From positions 205,840 to 269,839 of the forward strand of contig JANRKS010000005.1 in assembly GCA_033763315.1 (NCBI GenBank): DNA of 64,000 bases, written 5' to 3'. Each line of letters opens with the position of its first letter. Within the stretch, counting starts at the first letter, position 1. This document shows, in pieces, positions 45,047 to 53,508 of the stretch. Position numbers and translations under genes: made by a program. The notes below the pieces were generated by a model, which did not search any database, had not been told where the DNA came from, and worked only from the letters and a program-made list of their open reading frames with translations. The DNA comes from Deltaproteobacteria bacterium. Lineage in GTDB: Bacteria > Myxococcota_A > Polyangia > Fen-1088.

Positions 45047-48000
45047 AGGCCGCGCTGATACATGTCATTGAGGCGTGCGCACGCAACCGCGTGGTGGTTT
45101 TGGTGGGCGTGGCAATGGCGTTGGTGGGCGCGGGCATGGCGATCAAGCGTATCAAATTGGATGCGATTCCGGATCTATCCGAGCCGCAGGTGATCGTGTT
45201 CACCGAATGGATGGGGCGCAGCCCCACGTTGATCGAAGATCAGGTGACGTATCCCATCGCCTCAAAGCTCATCGGCACGCCCAAGGTCAAAGACGTGCGT
45301 GGGTATTCGATGTTCGGCATGTCGTTCATCTACGTGGTTTTTCACGAAGGCACCGATATCTACTGGGCACGCAGCCGCGTGCTTGAATACCTCAGTGGTC
45401 TCAAAGCGCAGCTGCCACAGGGTGTGGCGCCCACGCTTGGGCCCGATGCCACGGGGGTGGGGTGGGTGTTTCAATACGCGCTTGTGGATCGTTCTGGAAA
45501 GCACAGCTTGGACGAATTGCGCACGCTGCAGGATTTCAATCTGCGTTACGCCTTGGGCAGCGTGCCCGGCGTCGCCGAAGTGGCAAGCGTGGGCGGCTTT
45601 GCCAAACAATACCAAGTGACGGTGGATCCCAACCGCCTGCGTGGCTTCGGCGTGTCTGTGGAAGAAGTGATCGCTGCCATTCGCGACTCGAACAACGACG
45701 TGGGCGGCCGGGTGATCGAAATGTCGGGCCGTGAATACTACGTGCGAGGCCGCGGCTACATCCAAGATCTGGGCGCGATCGAACGCATCCCGCTGCGCGT
45801 GAGTGGCCCGGGTGGAACACCGCTTTTGATCAAAGACGTGGCCCAAGTGCGTTTCGGTCCTGACATTCGCCGCGGTTTAATGGAATGGAACGGCGAGGGT
45901 GAGGCCGTGGGTGGCATCGTGGTGATGCGGTTTGGTGAAAACGCGCTGCAAGTGATTGAACGCGTGAAGAGCAAGCTTGATGAACTGCGCCCAAGCTTGC
46001 CCGAAGGTGTGCAAGTCGAGGTGGCGTACGACCGCAGCGGGCTCATTGAACGCTCTATCACAACGCTAAAACATGCGCTGGTGGAAGAAGCGCTGGTGGT
46101 GAGCCTGGTGATCTTGATGTTCTTGCTGCACGTGCGCAGCTCGCTGCTGCCGATCCTGTCGATACCCATCAGCGTCGCTCTTTCGTTCATCCCGATGTAC
46201 TTCCTGGACATCCCATCAACGATCATGAGCTTGGGCGGCATTGCCATTGCAATCGGCGCCACCGTGGACGCTGAGATCGTGATGATCGAGGCGGCGCACA
46301 AAAAGCTCGAGCACGCGCCCGTGGGGGCGGAGCGGCAGAAGTTGCTCGCAGAGGCGGCCAGTGAAGTGACGCCTGCCATCTTCTTTTCGCTGCTCATCAT
46401 CGCGGTGGCGTTCTTGCCTGTGTTTACGTTGACGGGCCAAGCCGGGCAGCTGTTTCGCCCGCTGGCCTATACGAAGACGTTCGTTATGTTGATCTCGGCG
46501 GTGCTTTCCATCACGTTTGCGCCCGCTCTGCGCGATTTGCTCATCCGCGGCAAGATTTACTCGGAAAAGAATCACCCCATATCGAAGGCGATCATCCGCG
46601 TCTACGAGCCGTTCGTTTATGTAGCGTTGCGGCGCCCGAAATCGACCGTGGCTTTGGGCCTCTTGGCCGTTCTTTCGGCCATCCCTGTGGCTGCGCACCT
46701 CGGGCACGAGTTTATGCCGCCGCTTAACGAAGGCGATCTGCTTTACATGCCGATCACGTTGCCCAACATTTCGATCGAAGAAGCGAAGAACCAGCTGCAG
46801 CTGCAAGATCGCTTGCTGCACAGCTTCCCTGAAGTGGATTCGGTGTTCGGCAAAATTGGCCGGGCGGAGACCGCCACGGATCCGGCGCCCCTGACGATGG
46901 TGGAGACTACGGTGCGGCTCAAGCCGCAGCACACGTGGCGCAAGGTGGCGCATCAGCGCTGGTATTCTTCATGGGCGCCCCAGTGGCTGGCCGCGGTGTT
47001 GCTCCCGTTGTGGCCCGATCAGAAGACCATGACGTGGGAAGAGTTGACGCAAGAGATGAATGCGAAAATGCAGCTGCCAGGATGGACCAATGCCTGGACG
47101 ATGCCGATCAAAACCCGGATCGACATGTTGAGCACCGGCGTGCGCACACCCGTGGGCATTAAGGTGTATGGCACGGATCTAAAGGAGATTGAAGCCGTCG
47201 GCACGCAACTTGAGTTCTTGATCGCGAAGATCCCCGGCACCCGCAGCGTGCTTTATGAACGCAACTTGGGCGGGCTTTACATCGACATCGTTCCGCGCAG
47301 TGACGCCTTGGCGCGCTTCGGCTTACGCGTGGGCGATCTGCAGCGTGTGATTGAGTCGGCCATCGGAGGCACCCCGATTGACATGACAGTGGAAGGGCGA
47401 AACCGTTTCAGCATCAACGTTCGTTACCCCCAAGATATGCGCAACGATTTGCAGCGGATGCGCGAGGTGCTGGTGCCTTTGCCGCGCACAGAAGCGAATC
47501 CGATGACCGGTGCACAAAACCCTGCAGGCATGGCGTTTATCCCGCTGGGGCAAGTGGCAGACATCAAGGTGGTGGGCGGCCCACCTATGGTGCGTGAGGA
47601 AGCGGGCATGTTGGCGGGCTACGTTTACGTGGACATCGATCAAGCCAAACGCGACATTGGTGGCTATGTGAACGAAGCCAAGCAGTTCGTGGCCACGGCC
47701 TTGGCCGATGGATCGCTGAAGCTGCCGTCGGGATACCACCTTAAGTGGACGGGGCAGTATGAGCAGCTGCAAGAGATGGCCGAACGCATGAAGGTGGTGG
47801 TGCCGCTGACCTTCTTCATCATCGTGCTGCTGCTGTATTTTCAGTTTCGCAACTTCACCGAAGTTTTGATCGTGTTGCTATCGATCCCATTTGCGTTGGT
47901 GGGCAGCGTGTGGCTCATGCACTTGCTTGATTATCGGGTATCCACGGCGGTGTGGGTGGGCGTGATCGCGCTTGTGGGCTTGGCGGCGCAAACTGGCATC

Positions 48001-48549
48001 GTGATGATCGTGTACATCGACCAAGCCTATGAAAAGCGCAAAGCCGCGGGTTTGGTGCGCGATCTGAACGACATCATTTGGGCGCATATGGAGGGCACGG
48101 TCAAACGCGTGCGTCCCAAACTCATGACCGTCTCGACGATGTTGGTGGGTTTGGTTCCGCTTTTGTGGGCCACGTCGTCAGGGGCGGATGTGATGAAACG
48201 CATTGCCGCGCCCATGGTCGGCGGCTTGCTGACCTCGGCGTTCTTGACCTTGGAGATCATTCCGGTGATCTACACCTACTGGCGGCAAGAGCAGTTGCTT
48301 TGGGAAGGCCTGGTGGCGCGCGATCCACGGCGGTTGGCTGCGCTGCAAGCCTGGCGGTGGGTGCTGTCCGCTGGGGCTGCCGCCATCGCCGTTGTTGTGG
48401 TCTCGCCGGTGTATTTGCCGCTTGGCCCTACGGCGTTTCGGACGGCGCTGGCGCTGGCCGTGGTGGTGTTCTTCGTGGGGACCGTGGTGTATTTCGCCTT
48501 GCGCCCCGCCGCGCATCGTTTGGTGTGGCCGGAGGCAACCGTGGCGTAG
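45043..48549 (+). CDS. Heavy-metal efflux RND pump (CzcA/CusA family), with a ~100-aa C-terminal extension
   Basis: Canonical HME-RND motifs 'DAIPDLSEPQVIVFTEWMGRSP', 'GIAIAIGATVDAEIVMIE' and 'AAQTGIVMIVYID', and 12 TM plus two large periplasmic loops. The extra C-terminal ~100 aa carry two hydrophobic helices. Confidence 0.9.
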   Translation: MKAALIHVIEACARNRVVVLVGVAMALVGAGMAIKRIKLDAIPDLSEPQVIVFTEWMGRSPTLIEDQVTYPIASKLIGTPKVKDVRGYSMFGMSFIYVVFHEGTDIYWARSRVLEYLSGLKAQLPQGVAPTLGPDATGVGWVFQYALVDRSGKHSLDELRTLQDFNLRYALGSVPGVAEVASVGGFAKQYQVTVDPNRLRGFGVSVEEVIAAIRDSNNDVGGRVIEMSGREYYVRGRGYIQDLGAIERIPLRVSGPGGTPLLIKDVAQVRFGPDIRRGLMEWNGEGEAVGGIVVMRFGENALQVIERVKSKLDELRPSLPEGVQVEVAYDRSGLIERSITTLKHALVEEALVVSLVILMFLLHVRSSLLPILSIPISVALSFIPMYFLDIPSTIMSLGGIAIAIGATVDAEIVMIEAAHKKLEHAPVGAERQKLLAEAASEVTPAIFFSLLIIAVAFLPVFTLTGQAGQLFRPLAYTKTFVMLISAVLSITFAPALRDLLIRGKIYSEKNHPISKAIIRVYEPFVYVALRRPKSTVALGLLAVLSAIPVAAHLGHEFMPPLNEGDLLYMPITLPNISIEEAKNQLQLQDRLLHSFPEVDSVFGKIGRAETATDPAPLTMVETTVRLKPQHTWRKVAHQRWYSSWAPQWLAAVLLPLWPDQKTMTWEELTQEMNAKMQLPGWTNAWTMPIKTRIDMLSTGVRTPVGIKVYGTDLKEIEAVGTQLEFLIAKIPGTRSVLYERNLGGLYIDIVPRSDALARFGLRVGDLQRVIESAIGGTPIDMTVEGRNRFSINVRYPQDMRNDLQRMREVLVPLPRTEANPMTGAQNPAGMAFIPLGQVADIKVVGGPPMVREEAGMLAGYVYVDIDQAKRDIGGYVNEAKQFVATALADGSLKLPSGYHLKWTGQYEQLQEMAERMKVVVPLTFFIIVLLLYFQFRNFTEVLIVLLSIPFALVGSVWLMHLLDYRVSTAVWVGVIALVGLAAQTGIVMIVYIDQAYEKRKAAGLVRDLNDIIWAHMEGTVKRVRPKLMTVSTMLVGLVPLLWATSSGADVMKRIAAPMVGGLLTSAFLTLEIIPVIYTYWRQEQLLWEGLVARDPRRLAALQAWRWVLSAGAAAIAVVVVSPVYLPLGPTAFRTALALAVVVFFVGTVVYFALRPAAHRLVWPEATVA

Positions 48550-48663
48550 CTTTGGGGGAAGGTCGCCTTACGCGAAGGTGAGATCTAGATTGAACATCAA
48601 TGCAAGACATGCCGTGGTGTTGGCGGCCAATGACAGGGGCGCACGGCGGTGCAAACTCGTGTG

Positions 48664-49440
48664 ATGTCTCAACGCCGCATCGCTTGTTCGACCTTGCCGT
48701 GGACCGATCAACCTTTGGCTTCTGTGTTGGGCACCATTGACTCCGCGGGCTTTGAGTACTGGGAGTTGCCGATCCGCGGCGACAACGTGCATCTGGGCCA
48801 CTTGGATCCCGCGGATCTCCTTGCTGATGCAGGCGCCGCGCAGTCGCTTGTCATCGCTGCACGCTCCCACCCCCGGCTGAAGTTGTTGTCGGCCGGCTTC
48901 GAGATCCACCGTGGCTCGCCCCTTGAGCGGGAATTGACGTTGTTCAACGCGTGCCTGTCGGTGTTGCAGGATCTAGGCGCTGCTTTCGTCACAATCTTTG
49001 CCTTCGATGACGGAGCGGCGCCTCGCATGCAACGGCTTGAGGCGATGGCTGAGGCTGCAAGCCGCGCAGGCCTACGCCTTCTTGTGGAGACGCACCGGCG
49101 GACGGCAACCGAGGTGCCCGAGATCGCCGCCGAGCTGGCTTCGTGCGGGTATGCGCTTACGCTCGACCATTCTCATTACGTCAGCAAGGATGTGCCCAGG
49201 CAACGCATGGCACCGCTGCGATCGCACGCTCATTTGCTGCAAGTGCGGGGCTGTGCCAGTGGCCAAGTGGAGTGCCCCGTACAAACTCACGATGAGGCGC
49301 AAGCCGCCAAAGACTGGCTGCAGTGGTTGACCTCGATGGCGCCTTCCGACGCACCGTTGGTGATAGAGCACATCGACAGGAACCGCGACTGGTGGCCGTC
49401 GATCAAGCGTTGGCAGCAATTGGCACGCGAGCTTGCTTGA
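48664..49440 (+). CDS. Sugar-phosphate isomerase/epimerase-like TIM-barrel protein (xylose-isomerase-like fold)
   Basis: 'IACSTLPWTDQPLASVLGTIDSAGFEYWEL' start, 'LLVETH' and 'LTLDHSHY' metal-ligand-type motifs characteristic of the AP_endonuc_2 / xylose isomerase-like TIM-barrel family. Confidence 0.5.
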   Translation: MSQRRIACSTLPWTDQPLASVLGTIDSAGFEYWELPIRGDNVHLGHLDPADLLADAGAAQSLVIAARSHPRLKLLSAGFEIHRGSPLERELTLFNACLSVLQDLGAAFVTIFAFDDGAAPRMQRLEAMAEAASRAGLRLLVETHRRTATEVPEIAAELASCGYALTLDHSHYVSKDVPRQRMAPLRSHAHLLQVRGCASGQVECPVQTHDEAQAAKDWLQWLTSMAPSDAPLVIEHIDRNRDWWPSIKRWQQLARELA

Positions 49441-49464
49441 TGCAGGCAAGCGGGCACGAAAGTA

Positions 49465-50385
49465 TCACGCTTCGTCTTGCAAGCCTGCAAACATCGTCAC
49501 GTTGGTCGTCACTGTGGCACCTGGTTCAAGAATTAGGCAGTGCCCGGTGCGTGCCGCTTCGACAACCGACATCGGCATCGTGGTGCACGGTTCAAGGATC
49601 GCTGTGTAGTGATTGTCGAAGCCTCCATAAGAGGCAAACAACCACGCACACGGGAACACCGCTGGATCGAAGCGATAGCGAAACAAATGCCCCGTGGCAG
49701 GACGGCGCCAAGCGATCTCACCGCGCTCGAGTTCGTAAAGATGGAGAAAGTCAGTGCTTCCGTCGCGCGCCGGAACAACGTCAGCGCGCGCGCCGGGCCG
49801 TGGGCTGGGCCAAGCAAACGCGGGCGAATCACCCCAGCGCGACCATGCAGGATCAGCCACGCGTGCACGGCGGGCCGGGCACACGATCTCATCGCCAGGC
49901 GCGATCGCGATGGCCGCATGCAGCTTGAACATGACCGGCTGCCGCCGCGTCGTCGTGTTGGTGAGTGTGTAGCGCAGGCGCACTTCAGGCGCGTCGTCCG
50001 CCAGCACCATGTCGCGCTCGTAATGTAGACCGCTGACCGGCAGACCCCCGCGCAACCGAAGTGTGTCGCCGACCACCTGCGCGGTGAGCTGGCTCGTCCA
50101 CAGCTCGCCGTGATCAGGCAGCGCCACGCCTTGCACAATCTCGGGAATGTCGTTCGGCAACAACTCATCGATGCCTCCCCAAAAGGCAGGATCGTAAGCT
50201 TCGCCTGGGTTGCAGGGCACAAGCGGCGCGCCCGGCCGTTGCCACAGAAACTCGTGACCGGTGCCCCGATGGTGAACGCTGACGACGCGTCCCCCCAGGG
50301 ACGGTGCCACATCAAGTATCAGTCGTTCACTTGTAAGCCGCACGAGCGGCACACCGTCGCGCGCGAGCCAGGACGCCGTGGGCAT
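49465..50385 (-). CDS. Aldose-1-epimerase-like (galactose-mutarotase fold) protein
   Basis: Beta-rich; 'LDVAPSLGGRVVSVHHRGTGHEFLWQRPG', 'GIDELLPN', 'GELWTSQL' and 'YTAILEPCTT' resemble mutarotase-like domains. The assignment is tentative. Confidence 0.4.
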   Translation of the reverse strand: MPTASWLARDGVPLVRLTSERLILDVAPSLGGRVVSVHHRGTGHEFLWQRPGAPLVPCNPGEAYDPAFWGGIDELLPNDIPEIVQGVALPDHGELWTSQLTAQVVGDTLRLRGGLPVSGLHYERDMVLADDAPEVRLRYTLTNTTTRRQPVMFKLHAAIAIAPGDEIVCPARRARVADPAWSRWGDSPAFAWPSPRPGARADVVPARDGSTDFLHLYELERGEIAWRRPATGHLFRYRFDPAVFPCAWLFASYGGFDNHYTAILEPCTTMPMSVVEAARTGHCLILEPGATVTTNVTMFAGLQDEA

Positions 50386-50450
50386 GGACGGTGTCTAGCT
50401 CTGTTCTCGAAAAAGAACAAGTGTTTCCTGTTGCCACGCCCCCGATCGCC

Positions 50451-50897
50451 CTAGGCTTTGCGCCGCTTGAAATGCGCCACCAGGTTATCAAGCGTTTGGT
50501 TGGTGCCGTCCGCAACACCCAGCTTTACGAACTGTTCAAGATGCTCGGCCGATGAGCACCGAATGCTGACCGTCATGTGCGTATGTTCGCCAACCTCCTG
50601 AAGACGCACGGTGCCGATGGCGCCCATGGCGTCGAACACAAGTTGCGAAGGAGGATCGACCACGCGGTAGACGCCTGTAAAATCGTGTGCATGCTGCGTG
50701 GCCATCGTGAAACGGAATGTGCCACCTGGGCGAAGATCGACGGCACAATTGGCAAGCGGCACGCCGGTGGGATCCCACCATTGCTTGATCTGAGCGGCGT
50801 CAGTCCAGGCCTCAAACACGTCCTCGCGCGAGGACGCAAACACTCTCTCGAATGAGATTGTGAAGGTTTCGTGATCGACGTTTGTACGGGTTGTCAT
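50451..50897 (-). CDS. SRPBCC-superfamily protein (AHSA1 / Activator-of-Hsp90-ATPase-like)
   Basis: 'FTISFERVFASSREDVFEAWTDAAQIKQWWDPTGVPLANCAVDLRPGGTFRF' is typical of the AHSA1 domain commonly paired with ArsR regulators. The start overlaps the arsR stop (ATGA). Confidence 0.7.
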   Translation of the reverse strand: MTTRTNVDHETFTISFERVFASSREDVFEAWTDAAQIKQWWDPTGVPLANCAVDLRPGGTFRFTMATQHAHDFTGVYRVVDPPSQLVFDAMGAIGTVRLQEVGEHTHMTVSIRCSSAEHLEQFVKLGVADGTNQTLDNLVAHFKRRKA

Positions 50898-51250
50898 TTC
50901 TTCGAGCCCTTTTGGCCAGTGGTTTTGGTGTTCTTCCGTTTCAGGAAAGCATCAAGTGAGTCAAAGCGGCGTTCCCATTGCTCACGGAATGGTCGCAGCC
51001 AAGCGTCAACGTCTTTGAGCGGGCCGCCCAGCACAAGGCGCCGCGGGCGGCGTTGGGCGTCCTTGCCTTGTTCGATCAACCCGGCTTCTTCCAGCACGCG
51101 AAGGTGCTTGGAAATTGTGGGTTGCGCGAGCCCAAAAGGCTCCGCCAGTTCGGTGACCGTGGCCTCGCCCTGGGCAAGGCGCGAAAGTATGGCTCGCCGG
51201 GTGGGGTCTGCCAACGCTGAGAATGCGAGATCAACTTGCACGCTGTTCAT
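50894..51250 (-). CDS. ArsR/SmtB-family transcriptional regulator
   Basis: 'ALADPTRRAILSRLAQGEATVTELAEPFGLAQPTISKHLRVLEEAGLI' is a canonical ArsR winged-HTH. Confidence 0.85.
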   Translation of the reverse strand: MNSVQVDLAFSALADPTRRAILSRLAQGEATVTELAEPFGLAQPTISKHLRVLEEAGLIEQGKDAQRRPRRLVLGGPLKDVDAWLRPFREQWERRFDSLDAFLKRKNTKTTGQKGSKK

Positions 51251-51253
51251 TGC

Positions 51254-51276
51254 CCATTAGATATATAGCCAAATGG
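51254..51276. promoter_or_regulatory. Candidate ArsR-type operator: imperfect inverted repeat CCATTAG-ATATATAGC-CAAATGG
   Basis: Imperfect 7-9-7 palindrome with an ATATATA core, starting 4 nt upstream of the arsR start codon in the divergent region shared with the acuI-like gene. Confidence 0.3.
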
Positions 51277-51381
51277 CAATGCTGTCCAGTCGCAGGGCTT
51301 TTTTCTCAAAAGTCAGCTGCCGATTCTCTGCTGATGCCGAGTCTTCGAGGGGGCGCCTGCTGTGGTTTAATTCCCTCCACA

Positions 51382-52386
51382 ATGCAAATGGATGCAACAC
51401 TTCTGGCGTTTCGTCTTTACGAAAACGAAGGCCGCTCGTTTGGAAAGCTTGAAACCATGCGAGTCGGCGATCTGGATGAGGGTGACTTGCTGGTGCGCGT
51501 GGCTTACTCCTCCGTGAACTACAAAGATGCGTTGGCAGCCACGGGGCAAGGCAAGATCGTTCGTCGGTTTCCGTGCGTGGGCGGCATTGATTTGGTGGGG
51601 CAAGTGGTCACGTCTGCATCCCCAGATTTTCAAGTGGGTGATGACGTGGTCGTGGGTGGCTTTGGTTTGGGCGTGAGCCACGACGGTGGTTACGCACAAT
51701 ACGCGCGCGTGCCGTCGGCATGGGCGGTGCCGTTGGCGCCACCGCTTACACCTTATGAAAGTATGGCGCTCGGCACGGCGGGCTTCACCGCGGCGCTAGC
51801 CGTTGAACGCCTTGAAGTGTGTGGCCTTCGGCCGGGCCACGGGGCTGTGGCTGTGACGGGCGCCAACGGGGGCGTGGGATCGCTCGCGATCGCACTTTTG
51901 GCGGCAAAAGGTTATGACGTGGTGGCGTTCACCAACAAACTGCATCTGCGGGAGCGCTTGCGAAATTTGGGCGCCGCCGAAGTGCAAGCGTTGCCCGCAC
52001 CCGCCGAACGCGAGGCCAAGCCGTTGTCGCGCGCGAAGTGGGCGGCGGCGATCGACAATTTGGGTGGCGATGTGCTGCCCTGGTTGGTGAGCGCCACTCA
52101 AATTGGCGGCGGCGTCGCTAGCGTCGGCAACGCTGTGGGCGCCACCTTCACAAGCAGCGTCTATCCCTTCATTTTGCGGGGCGTTTCGCTGTTAGGCATC
52201 GATTCAGCCCATTGCCCATTGCCCTTGCGGCAACGCTTGTGGGCGCAACTTGCCGTTCTTCGCGCGTCACTGCACTTGCACGAAATTACACAGGTGGTCT
52301 CTCTGCACGATCTGCCGGCGTTGATGCCGCAATTTATTGCCGGGCAAGTGCAAGGCCGCAAGGTGGTGCAGATGCCGGCGCCTTAG
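51382..52386 (+). CDS. YhdH/AcuI-family NADPH-dependent quinone oxidoreductase / acrylyl-CoA reductase-like MDR
   Basis: 'GDLLVRVAYSSVNYKDALAATGQGKIVRRFPCVGGIDLVG', 'VAVTGANGGVGSLAIALLAAKGYDVVAFT' (Rossmann fold), and C-terminal 'GQVQGRKVV'. ATG at 51382 chosen inside the longer ORF from 51223. Confidence 0.75.
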   Translation: MQMDATLLAFRLYENEGRSFGKLETMRVGDLDEGDLLVRVAYSSVNYKDALAATGQGKIVRRFPCVGGIDLVGQVVTSASPDFQVGDDVVVGGFGLGVSHDGGYAQYARVPSAWAVPLAPPLTPYESMALGTAGFTAALAVERLEVCGLRPGHGAVAVTGANGGVGSLAIALLAAKGYDVVAFTNKLHLRERLRNLGAAEVQALPAPAEREAKPLSRAKWAAAIDNLGGDVLPWLVSATQIGGGVASVGNAVGATFTSSVYPFILRGVSLLGIDSAHCPLPLRQRLWAQLAVLRASLHLHEITQVVSLHDLPALMPQFIAGQVQGRKVVQMPAP

Positions 52387-52627
52387 AGATTGCGCTTGGA
52401 ACAGGCCCTCGGTTAAAGCTGGGCGATACCCCCCAGTCTACCATTCGGTTCAGCGCGTTCGCTTGTTGCACGCGTGCGGAGCACATGTGGGATGTTCTGC
52501 GATTTAGTTCGTGCCACGCGCGAACGCTTTGTGGCCACGAGCCGCCGGTTGATGCAGACTTGACACTCGTTATCTTGACGACGATGTGTGAAGCACTTCG
52601 GCTCGGTCGCTGATACGGAGGCGCGCC

Positions 52628-53497
52628 ATGAAGTACTGGCTGTTCTTGTTGGCTGTTCTTTGGGCCTGTGGACCCGAGGAGTCGCGTACAGGGGGCGTTG
52701 GGGTTTGGGGCGGCATGGGTTCGGCGGATGGCGGATCGACTGCTGTGGCCGGACGTGGCGGCGGAGGAGGTGGCGGAGCGCCCGTGGCAAACGGCTCTGG
52801 CGGTGAGTTCGCAGCGGGGGGTACCGCCGGCGCGAGCACGGGCACGGGCGGCGTCAGCAGCGCAAGTGGTGGCGCGTCGGCAGGTATGATGGGCACAACC
52901 GGGGGCAAAGGAGGCGGCGGGAGTGCGGGCGTTAGCACGGGAGGCGCGGGTGGATCAAAGCCAGCCACGGGTGGCAATTCGGGCACAGGAGGAACGCAGG
53001 CTACGGGCGGCAGCCCTGCGACGGGAGGCACCCAGGGCACAGGCGGCGCACCCGCCACAGGCGGTGCGTCTGGAACGGGCGGCAACACGGGCAAGCCCAA
53101 CCTCGTGATGAACGCTGGGTTTGAAAGCGGTGAAAATATGTGGAAGCGCCTTTCAGGCACTGGCGCCTTGGCGAGTCCAGGCCACACGGGCAATAACCGC
53201 ATTGATGAACCCAGCCCCAATCATTGGTGGCAGCAAGATTTGTCCGGTTGGTTGGCGGGCCGCACCTATCGAATTTCCGCGTGGGGCAAAGTCACATCGG
53301 GAGAGTGCACCGTGGGACTCAAGATCGCCCTTAACACCGGCGGGGATCAGCGCATGTCCTCCCCAACGTTCACATCCACTTGGAGTGAAAAATCAATCGT
53401 GATGACAGTGCCGAACACCGCCGTTTGGTTGCAGGTGTTTTTCAGCGGCGGGGGCACCAATTGTTCGTTCGACGACGTGCAGGTCATCGAACAGTGA
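52628..53497 (+). CDS. Secreted lipoprotein with Gly/Thr/Ser-rich linker and C-terminal carbohydrate-binding module (CBM_4_9-like)
   Basis: Lipobox 'LAVLWACG'; about 120 aa of GGxGG/TGG low complexity; 'NLVMNAGFESGENMWK...WWQQDL...YRISAWGKV...VWLQVFFSGG' matches the CBM4/9/22 beta-sandwich pattern. Confidence 0.55.
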   Translation: MKYWLFLLAVLWACGPEESRTGGVGVWGGMGSADGGSTAVAGRGGGGGGGAPVANGSGGEFAAGGTAGASTGTGGVSSASGGASAGMMGTTGGKGGGGSAGVSTGGAGGSKPATGGNSGTGGTQATGGSPATGGTQGTGGAPATGGASGTGGNTGKPNLVMNAGFESGENMWKRLSGTGALASPGHTGNNRIDEPSPNHWWQQDLSGWLAGRTYRISAWGKVTSGECTVGLKIALNTGGDQRMSSPTFTSTWSEKSIVMTVPNTAVWLQVFFSGGGTNCSFDDVQVIEQ

Positions 53498-53508
53498 CCT
53501 ATCGTTTG

